A stretch of 64,000 nucleotides of DNA, taken from NCBI GenBank assembly GCA_963747385.1, contig CAVVEY010000006.1, positions 88,118 to 152,117 on the forward strand. Reading direction: 5' to 3'. This DNA is from an uncultured bacterium. Its GTDB lineage: Bacteria; Krumholzibacteriota; Krumholzibacteriia; Krumholzibacteriales; Krumholzibacteriaceae. The position numbers and the translations under genes were made by a program. Under the pieces are notes generated by a model. That model was given only the letters and a program-made list of their open reading frames with translations, made no database searches and was not told where the DNA came from. Shown here piece after piece: positions 39,027-46,575 of the stretch; position 1 is the stretch's first letter, and each line of letters starts with the position of its first letter.

Positions 39027-40241
39027 ATGCGCTATCCCCTTCGTTTGATATCTCCGCGGCCGAGAGGCGCCCTCGCGCGCGTTCTCGCCGAAGCCGGCGT
39101 CGATCCTCACGGCGTCGCGATCGTCGAGCGAAAGGCCGAAACGATCGTCGTGCGCGTCGACCGCGTCGCGGCGCCCGTCGCGAACATCATCAAACAGCAG
39201 CTTCTCTCGATGGGCGGCGACGCCGCGGTGCACCGCGACGCCATCACCGGCGGTCCGCCGCAATCGACCGTCTACATCATCGCCGACCGCAACAGGCTCG
39301 CGCAACTCCCCGCGAAGCTCGCGCGGCAGCCGTTCGGCCTCGCCGGGCTCGGGGCGGAGATCGAGCGCCTGCTCGGCGTTCTGGAACGGCCCCCCGCGAG
39401 GGTGAGCCTCCCGCGCGGCGAAATAGACCTCGCGGCGGGCCCGATCGTGATGGGCGTGCTCAACGTCACGCCGGACAGCTTTTCCGACGGAGGGGCCTTT
39501 CTCGATCCCGGCGCCGCGCACGAGCGCGCTCTCGCGATGATCGAGGAGGGCGCGAGCGTCATCGACGTCGGCGGCGAATCGACACGTCCCGGCGCGGCGG
39601 AAACGAGCGTCGAGACGGAGCTCGAACGCGTGATGCCGCTTCTCCGCAGGCTCGGCGGCGCGATACCCGTCCCCCTCTCGATCGATACGCGCCGCGCGGC
39701 CGTCGCGCGGGCGGCGATCGACGCCGGAGCGGCGATCGTCAACGACGTGAGCGGTCTCCGGCGCGACCCGGCGATGATCGAGACGGTCCGCGATTCCGGA
39801 GCGGCCGTCGTCGTCATGCACATGCAGGGAACGCCCGAGACGATGCAGGCGAACCCGAGCTACGCGGACGTTACGGGAGAAATTATCGCCTGGTTCGAAG
39901 AACGCACGGCCGAGCTCGTTCGCGCCGGGCTCGATCGCGAGAAGATTATCGTTGACCCGGGATTGGGTTTCGGAAAAAGATTGGAGGACAACCTGGCGAT
40001 TCTGAACGAGCTCGGAGACTTCGCCGGTCTCGGATTTCCCGTGATGGTCGGCTACTCGAGGAAATCGTTCATCGGAAGAATCACCGATCGCGAGCCGGCC
40101 CTGCGGCTTCACGGCGGGTTCGCGGCGCTCGCGAAGTGTCTCGCGGGAGGCGCGGCGTTCGTCCGCGTCCACGACGTCAAGGAAACAGTCGATTTCCTGA
40201 AGGTCTGGAAGGCGATAGAAAGCGCGGGGGGCGATCGATGA
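39027..40241 (+). CDS. folP: dihydropteroate synthase with an N-terminal extension domain of about 130 aa
   Basis: IVMGVLNVTPDSFSDGG, IDVGGESTRPGA, NDVSG, DPGLGFGK, MVGYSRKSFIG. Confidence 0.85.
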   Translation: MRYPLRLISPRPRGALARVLAEAGVDPHGVAIVERKAETIVVRVDRVAAPVANIIKQQLLSMGGDAAVHRDAITGGPPQSTVYIIADRNRLAQLPAKLARQPFGLAGLGAEIERLLGVLERPPARVSLPRGEIDLAAGPIVMGVLNVTPDSFSDGGAFLDPGAAHERALAMIEEGASVIDVGGESTRPGAAETSVETELERVMPLLRRLGGAIPVPLSIDTRRAAVARAAIDAGAAIVNDVSGLRRDPAMIETVRDSGAAVVVMHMQGTPETMQANPSYADVTGEIIAWFEERTAELVRAGLDREKIIVDPGLGFGKRLEDNLAILNELGDFAGLGFPVMVGYSRKSFIGRITDREPALRLHGGFAALAKCLAGGAAFVRVHDVKETVDFLKVWKAIESAGGDR

Positions 40242-41014
40242 GCACTTTTCATCTCAACCTGACGATCGACATCCTCGACATCATCATCGTCTCGTTTCTG
40301 TTCTACCGGCTCTTTCTCCTCATCAGAGGAACGAGAGCCGCGCAGATGTTCATCGGCCTCTTTATCCTGATCGTCATCTCCTTCGTCGCGCGCTGGCTCA
40401 ACTTGAACGCGCTGAACTGGCTTCTCTCGAGTCTCAAGACGGTCTGGGTCGTCGCCTTCGTGATCCTCTTTCAGCCGGAGCTGCGGCGCGCCCTGTCGCT
40501 CCTCGGCCAGAACCGCATCATCGGCTATTTCCTCAAGGTCGAGGAGTCGAGCACGCTGAGCGAGATCGTCAAGGCGTGCCATCAGCTCACGCAGAACGGC
40601 CTCGGCGCGATCATCGTGCTCGAGAAGGATGTCGGCCTGCGGAACTACATCGAGACGGGAACGCCGGTCGACGCCCGCGTTTCGGCGGAGCTCCTCGTCA
40701 CGATATTCACGACTCCGAGCCCGCTCCACGACGGCGCGGTCATCGTCGAGAAAAACCGCATCGTGGCGGCCGGCTGCATTCTTCCCCTTTCCCAGAATCC
40801 CCGCCTCACGAAATCGCTCGGCACAAGGCATCGCGCGGGCCTCGGCTTGAGCGAGGAAACCGACGCGGTCGTCATCATCGCGAGCGAGGAAACGAGAACG
40901 ATCTCGCTCGCCGTCGGGGGAAAGCTCAAGCGCAAGCTCGACATAAACACGCTCCGCAACGATCTTGCGGGCATGATCGGCATCAAGACCGAGGAAGCGG
41001 CTTCCGTCTCCTGA
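40238..41014 (+). CDS. cdaA: diadenylate cyclase CdaA (DisA_N) with three N-terminal TM helices
   Basis: The ATG overlaps the folP stop (ATGA). Reads GAIIVLE, PLHDGAVIV, GTRHRAG, ETDAVVIIASEE. Confidence 0.85.
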   Translation: MSTFHLNLTIDILDIIIVSFLFYRLFLLIRGTRAAQMFIGLFILIVISFVARWLNLNALNWLLSSLKTVWVVAFVILFQPELRRALSLLGQNRIIGYFLKVEESSTLSEIVKACHQLTQNGLGAIIVLEKDVGLRNYIETGTPVDARVSAELLVTIFTTPSPLHDGAVIVEKNRIVAAGCILPLSQNPRLTKSLGTRHRAGLGLSEETDAVVIIASEETRTISLAVGGKLKRKLDINTLRNDLAGMIGIKTEEAASVS

Positions 41015-41262
41015 CGGCCGATGCAAAAGAGAGGAGTGAAGGCCTCGCCCGTCCCCGCGTCCGCCACCCCGCCGACCGACACTCCTCTTGCTGCCAGGCA
41101 CGCGCGCTTTCCGGCAGGGCATAATAAATGCCGAACCCCATGCCCTCGATGCGCGGATTTTCAATTGATTGCGCGGGAACGCGTTGCGCGAAGGCGCACC
41201 GCCGGGGAGCGGATCGAAACGGCCGTCGCGGCGTGAACGCCGTTGCCGTTTCGCGATCGGCG

Positions 41263-42807
41263 TTACCGCCGTATCTTGCCGCTCGTGACGAGTTGTTCGA
41301 CGTACGCGACGACGTCCTGATCGAATTTCTCGCTCTGGTTCTTGAGCTGATCGATGCTCTCCTCGAGAGAAAACGCCCGCCGGTAGGGACGGTCGCTCGT
41401 CATGGCGTCGAAGCTGTCTGCGACCGCGACGATGCGCGCGCCGAGCGATATTTCGTTTCCCTTGAGATGATCCGGGTAGCCCTTTCCATCGAGCCGCTCG
41501 TGGTGGTGGCGGACGAGGTCGCAGGCCGATTCGAGAAATTTCATATTCTTGATGATGTTGGCGCCCACCTCGGGATGGCTCCGGACAATGTCCCATTCCC
41601 GCTCGGTGAGCTCTCCCGGCTTGTTGAGGATTTCCTCGTATACGCCGAGCTTTCCGATGTCGTGGAGCGCCGCGCCGAAGCACACGATCTCCAAGTCGCG
41701 CTTCGAGAGCCGCATCTCCTCGGCGATCATGCGCGCATACTCGGCGACGCGGTCCGTATGGCCGCGCGTGTAGGAATCCTTCGCCTCGATCGTCGAAACG
41801 AGCACCTTGATCGTCGAGAGGTAGGTCGCCTGCAGCTCCCCGTAGAGACGCGCGTTCTCGAGACCGGTCGCGGCGGACGTGCATATCGACTTGAAGAGGT
41901 CGAGCTCGTCGGTGACGTATTCCTGACGGTTCACCTTTCCGCCGATGAACACGATCCCGATGAGCCGCGATTTCACGATGAGCGGATACCCGTATTCGAA
42001 TCCGAACCGGGTCAGGAAATTCGCCTCTCGTTTCGCGTCTTCCGGGAATCCCTCGTCGCCAAGCCTGACGCATTCGTGTTTGCCGAGGAGGTATTGCGAA
42101 AGGGCGATCTCGCGCGAAAGTCTCACCGACTGGAGCACGCTGTTCGATACGCCGCTTCCGCCCGCGTAGGAAAGATACTCGTCCATCTCGTCGAAGGCGT
42201 AGAACAGCGCGACGGAGCTCACGCCGAGCTGCCCGATGACGGTGAGGCAGAAGACGCGAATGAGATCCTCGGGATCGCGGAGCCGGTTGAGATCCTGGCT
42301 CAAACCCGAAAGGGAACGCATATCGAGAACCTTCTTCTTGAGCTCGCGATTGACCCGGGTGTAATCGGCCTGCCCCCGCTGCACCTCCCCCTCGAGCTGC
42401 AGGTTCTGCTCGCAGAGATTCTTTTTGCGGCGCGACTGGGCGAGATAGTTTTCGACCTTGACGAGCATTTCCTTGAGGGAAAACGGCTTCCTGAGATAAT
42501 CCTGGGCGCCGGCGCGAAGCCCCCTGGCCATCGAATCCTGGACGGAGTTCGCCGAGATCATAATGACGGGCACGTCGCGGTGAACGTCCCTCGCGCGAAT
42601 CGTATCGCACACTTCGAATCCGTCTTTCTTCGGAAGCGCGACGTCGAGGACGACGAGGTCCGGCTGGAAGCGGTCGTACTTCGCGAGCGCCTCGTCGCCG
42701 TCCGAGGCCGACTCGGTCTCGTATCCCTTGTTCCGGAGACATTCGGTGAGTATCTCTATGACGTTCGGGTCGTCATCGACGACCAGTATGCTCCCGTTCA
42801 CGCTCAC
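41263..42807 (-). CDS. response regulator: REC, coiled coil, GAF, intact HD-GYP
   Basis: REC (ILVVDDDP, DLVVLDVALPKKDG, YLRKPF). HD-GYP motifs are all present (GHTDRVA, AALHDIGKLGV, HHHERLDGKGYP, VADSFDAMTSDRPYR). Confidence 0.85.
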   Translation of the reverse strand: MSVNGSILVVDDDPNVIEILTECLRNKGYETESASDGDEALAKYDRFQPDLVVLDVALPKKDGFEVCDTIRARDVHRDVPVIMISANSVQDSMARGLRAGAQDYLRKPFSLKEMLVKVENYLAQSRRKKNLCEQNLQLEGEVQRGQADYTRVNRELKKKVLDMRSLSGLSQDLNRLRDPEDLIRVFCLTVIGQLGVSSVALFYAFDEMDEYLSYAGGSGVSNSVLQSVRLSREIALSQYLLGKHECVRLGDEGFPEDAKREANFLTRFGFEYGYPLIVKSRLIGIVFIGGKVNRQEYVTDELDLFKSICTSAATGLENARLYGELQATYLSTIKVLVSTIEAKDSYTRGHTDRVAEYARMIAEEMRLSKRDLEIVCFGAALHDIGKLGVYEEILNKPGELTEREWDIVRSHPEVGANIIKNMKFLESACDLVRHHHERLDGKGYPDHLKGNEISLGARIVAVADSFDAMTSDRPYRRAFSLEESIDQLKNQSEKFDQDVVAYVEQLVTSGKIRR

Positions 42808-42821
42808 GTATCGTTATCCTC

Positions 42822-44621
42822 CTACGGCGTCCCCACGCCCTGGCGAACCGACTGCGCTATTTCCTTCTCCATGATCCGCGCAAACTGCAGGATAACCTCC
42901 CGGTCGTACCGCAGTCCGTAATTCTCCTTGAGCGCGCCGAGCGCTTCGTGCCCCGAGAGCGCGGGCCGGGTCGGCCGTTCGTGAATCATCGCCGCGTAGC
43001 TTTCGACGACCGATATGATGCGCGAGCCGAGCGGAATTTCCTTGCCACGGAGACCGTACGGATATCCCTCGCCGTTGAACCGCTCATGATGCGTTCTCAC
43101 GATGCTGACGACGTGGTCGCCGAACTTCATCCGGGAGAGCATCTCGGCGCCGTCCTCGGGATGCTTCTTGATGATCTCCCATTCTTCCCTCGTAAGATCG
43201 CGCGGGCTGCGCAGGATGAGATCGCTCACCTTCACCATGCCCATGTCGCGGAGCACCGTGCCATAGATGAGGTCCTTGAAATGCTCTTCGGAATAATCCA
43301 TATTCTTCGCGACCATTCCGACATACCGCGAAACGAATTCGGACGTGCCCTTGAGAAGCGTATTTTCCTCGATGATCGATATGAGCGTCTTGACGATGCC
43401 GAGCGTGCGCTCGTGCTCCCGGTCGAACATGACGGCGTTATCGTACGCTCCCTGGGCGATATTGACGAGAATGCGGAGAAACTCGAAATCCTCTTCCTTC
43501 ATGCCCCTGCCGGCGATGCGCTTGCCGAGCAGAACGAGCCCCGAGGTTCCGTCCTTCGTACGGAACGGGCACACATATTCTATCCCTTCCCCCTTGATGA
43601 TCGCCCTGACACCGTCCTCCATCGCGAAACCGTCCACCGGAATCACGTTGTTCTCTCCCATCACCTTCGCAAAGGCGTCCGCGGGGATCTCGAGCCGCAG
43701 GAGCGACTCGGGCTCGAATCCCTTGGACATTATCGGCTTGAACGATTTTCCCTGATTTTCGAGAAACACCGCCGATTCGACGCCTCCCTGGGCGATCGAG
43801 GTAAGGAGGAAGATATCGAGCAGCTTCCTGCGGTCCCATATCGCGTTGAAATCGGCGCTGATCGAGAAGAGCGTCTTGAGCTCGAGAATGCGCCGGCGAA
43901 GCCGCCGGTTGAGATCGACGACCGTGGCGTCTTCCTTCTTTTGCGGCGCCGCCTCGCCGTGATTCGCCGCCGAAATGCCGCTCCAATCGGACAACCCCTC
44001 CGCCACCGGGCCGTTGAAGATCTCGTCTATGATCTCCTCGGCGGCGGCGTCGACGGGCAGGTCCTCGGAAGTGGCCCGGCGCGGAGCCGGGGAATTCACC
44101 GGCGGCTCGTCGACGGCGTCGTACGACATGATAATCACGTTCGAATCGACGCCTGCGGAAGCGTTCGCGGACGGCGCGGCGGTCGCGGCGGGCGCTGCGG
44201 GAGATGCCGCCGTTTCCTCCGCGACGTTCCGGGCACCGGAGGCCGCCGGCGCCGCGTTCGGCGTACTCGCCGCCGGCGCGTCGCTCGATGACAGAGCCTC
44301 GTTGAGCGAGCGATGAATGGAAACGGAGCGTTCGCCGTCTTGAAGGAATTGCGTAATGATGTCGTTCGTGACGACGAAACGCACGCTTCCCCCCTTCGCC
44401 GCGATCGCGTCGACGAAATCGCGAAGAATCTTCGCGACCCCGCCGCCGAGCGACGAGAGTTGGGAGAAGTCGAATATAACGGTGCGCATATCGCGCTTCA
44501 GGCATTCCTCGACGAGACGCTGGATCTTGGTGTTCTCGTGGAATCCGAGCTTTCCCTCGATCCGGAACGCGGCCACGCCGGGACTGCCGACTTCGATTCT
44601 CTCGAACTTCGTTTTCACCAT
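42822..44621 (-). CDS. STAS, Ala/Pro-rich linker, GAF, degenerate HD-GYP protein
   Basis: STAS-like N-terminus (AAFRIEGKLGF...VIFDFSQLSSLGGGVAKIL...VRFVV). The HD-GYP-like C-terminus keeps HHERFNGEGYP, but the HD position reads VLRDMGM and the first His motif reads TSEFVSRYV. Confidence 0.75.
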   Translation of the reverse strand: MVKTKFERIEVGSPGVAAFRIEGKLGFHENTKIQRLVEECLKRDMRTVIFDFSQLSSLGGGVAKILRDFVDAIAAKGGSVRFVVTNDIITQFLQDGERSVSIHRSLNEALSSSDAPAASTPNAAPAASGARNVAEETAASPAAPAATAAPSANASAGVDSNVIIMSYDAVDEPPVNSPAPRRATSEDLPVDAAAEEIIDEIFNGPVAEGLSDWSGISAANHGEAAPQKKEDATVVDLNRRLRRRILELKTLFSISADFNAIWDRRKLLDIFLLTSIAQGGVESAVFLENQGKSFKPIMSKGFEPESLLRLEIPADAFAKVMGENNVIPVDGFAMEDGVRAIIKGEGIEYVCPFRTKDGTSGLVLLGKRIAGRGMKEEDFEFLRILVNIAQGAYDNAVMFDREHERTLGIVKTLISIIEENTLLKGTSEFVSRYVGMVAKNMDYSEEHFKDLIYGTVLRDMGMVKVSDLILRSPRDLTREEWEIIKKHPEDGAEMLSRMKFGDHVVSIVRTHHERFNGEGYPYGLRGKEIPLGSRIISVVESYAAMIHERPTRPALSGHEALGALKENYGLRYDREVILQFARIMEKEIAQSVRQGVGTP

Positions 44622-44646
44622 CGGATCGCTCCCTGCTCCAGAGCGC

Positions 44647-44889
44647 TCAATCGAGGACCTTGACCACCTCTTCTTCCTGAGCGAGCCAACGATCGAGAAC
44701 GCTCCTCAGGAATCTCCATTCGCTTCCGACCTTCTTCGCCGGTATCTTCCGTTCCTTGGCCAACCGGCAGACGGTCTTCACATGCATCTTGAGGTACTCC
44801 GCCGCCTCGACCGACGTCATCACTTCGACTGCGTCGTCATGGCCTCCGATGATGATACTGCCGTAATCGTGCTGATGCTGATTGGACAT
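44647..44889 (-). CDS. excisionase/MerR-superfamily helix-turn-helix protein (HTH_17-like)
   Basis: MTSVEAAEYLKMHVKTVCRLAKERKIPAKKVGSEWRFLRSVLDRWL. The start is taken at MSNQHQ (RBS GAGGTGGAG). An upstream start at 44961 would overlap the previous gene by 8 nt. Confidence 0.7.
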   Translation of the reverse strand: MSNQHQHDYGSIIIGGHDDAVEVMTSVEAAEYLKMHVKTVCRLAKERKIPAKKVGSEWRFLRSVLDRWLAQEEEVVKVLD

Positions 44890-44953
44890 CTCCACCTCTC
44901 TCCGTTGGTGGCCCGACCTCGCCCCTGCCCGAGAGATCGGTCCGCTCACTGTG

Positions 44954-46564
44954 CTACACACGCGGGACCGTTACCTCCTGATCGTTCACCTGCCCACCAT
45001 CCGCATACGTTCCGGCTTCCTCCGGGCCGCCTTCGATGCCCTGAAGGGAGCTCGATATGCGCAGTACAAGATCCACATCGATAATCGGAAATTCCTCTTC
45101 CCCGAGATTCAGTATCGATTTCGCGAGCGAAGCCCACGAACCTTCGGTAACCTGCTCCGCGAGACAGTCGATCGTGCGGCTCGTCCCGTCGACGAGCAGG
45201 CCGACCCTCTTTTCGGCGCGGCCGATGACGAGGACGCGATCGGCCCGTCCGGACGATTCGAACTCGTCGACCACCGCGATCTCTTCCATCGTGTAAACGG
45301 GAACGCGAATCCCCGAAAGAGTTACGCATCTCCCTCCCGATCCGCGCTTCGGCTCGATCGCATCCATGCCGACCGTCGTATCGACCGCGTGGCGCGGCAC
45401 CGCGAGCCTCTTGCCCGAGGCGTTGAAGATCTGGAAATCGGTCTTCCCTTTCGTCCGCGGGAGGGTGAACATGAACCTTCCCTCGCCGGCGCCGCCGGGC
45501 TCGATCCAGAGGAGCGAGCCAAAGCCTTCGAGCCGGCCGCGCACCTCCCTGAAGCATTGATAGAACGCGCCCGCGTCGTCCCGGTCGATCTCCGAATCGC
45601 AGAGATAATCGGGGCTGTTATCCTGTATCTTCGCGACGAGGAACGAGCCCTCGCTCCGAATATCGACGCCGATCGCGAGCGAGAGGTCGTCACGCACCTC
45701 GTTCCGCTTGCAGATATCGAATATGCACCGGATGAGTATGGAGACGAGGGCGGAGGCGTTCTCCCGGTCGAGCGTGCATTCGGCGCACCGCGTCGCAAGC
45801 CGCGCGTTCCAGCGACGGATCTGCAGATACGCCCCGAAAAAATCCTTCAGCCCGTCGAGCACCGCGTCGCACGAGATTCTGGCCGTGAAGGGCTTGTTGC
45901 TCTTTCCCAGCATCCGCATCGTCTCGGCCGCGAGTCCCATATAGAATTCGCTCTCGCCGAACGCGACCTCGAGATCGCGCATCGACTTTTCCCCGCGGCT
46001 CGGCTTGTCGATGAATTCCTGGAACATGTCCCTCACCGCGGCAAGCGAGTCGACCAGTCTCGTAAACGTCGGAACGTGCTCCGCGCCCGCGGGCCGATCT
46101 TCCCCGGAACGCGCGTCGGCGGCCGGAGCCGCGGAGATCGTGACCGTTTCCGCGGCGGTTTCATGCGGCTCGCTCGAGAGGCACTCGATCTCCTTGAGCA
46201 GGCCCTCGAACTGCTCGTGGCGGGCGAGCTCCTCGAGCTCTCCCGCGAGTATCTCCGCGACGATCTGCTCCTCGGTCTCCAGGATCTCGGATACGAGAGT
46301 GGAAAGCTGTTCGTCCCAGCACCGGCCGGCGCGCGCCGACTGCTCCAGGAGGTCGCGGAACGCCTTCAGGGTAACGCTCCAATCGCCGAGATCGAGCATG
46401 CGCGTGCTCCCTTCGAGGAGACGCGTCGCGAGGCACGCCCTGCGAATCGTCTGCTCGCTGAAGCGGGCGCCCGACGAAAAGCCCATAAGGTCGTTGAGCT
46501 TTTCTATGTGGTCGTTGACCTGCTCGCCGAACAGACGTCTGTTATCCTCTTTGAGTATCACCAA
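44954..46564 (-). CDS. CheA-like scaffold: Hpt-like N-terminus without the phospho-His, degenerate HATPase-like core, C-terminal CheW-like domain
   Basis: 536-aa intact ORF. The Hpt-like helix reads IRRACLATRLLEGSTRML where CheA has H-T-L-K-G-S. The core (ALVSILIRCIFDICKRN...IQDNSPDY...) has no clear N/G1/G2 boxes. The CheW-like tail reads FQIFNASGKRLAVPRHAV...LSGIRVPVYTMEEI...RVLVIGRAEKRVGLLVDG. Confidence 0.65.
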   Translation of the reverse strand: MVILKEDNRRLFGEQVNDHIEKLNDLMGFSSGARFSEQTIRRACLATRLLEGSTRMLDLGDWSVTLKAFRDLLEQSARAGRCWDEQLSTLVSEILETEEQIVAEILAGELEELARHEQFEGLLKEIECLSSEPHETAAETVTISAAPAADARSGEDRPAGAEHVPTFTRLVDSLAAVRDMFQEFIDKPSRGEKSMRDLEVAFGESEFYMGLAAETMRMLGKSNKPFTARISCDAVLDGLKDFFGAYLQIRRWNARLATRCAECTLDRENASALVSILIRCIFDICKRNEVRDDLSLAIGVDIRSEGSFLVAKIQDNSPDYLCDSEIDRDDAGAFYQCFREVRGRLEGFGSLLWIEPGGAGEGRFMFTLPRTKGKTDFQIFNASGKRLAVPRHAVDTTVGMDAIEPKRGSGGRCVTLSGIRVPVYTMEEIAVVDEFESSGRADRVLVIGRAEKRVGLLVDGTSRTIDCLAEQVTEGSWASLAKSILNLGEEEFPIIDVDLVLRISSSLQGIEGGPEEAGTYADGGQVNDQEVTVPRV

Positions 46565-46575
46565 GAGGCGTCACC

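Noticed and set aside
36996-40172. 1058-aa minus-strand ORF, the longest in the track
   Set aside because: It lies antisense to intact ftsH and folP. Its translation is Arg/Gly/Asp/Glu-rich with no recognisable motifs. This is a typical high-GC shadow ORF.
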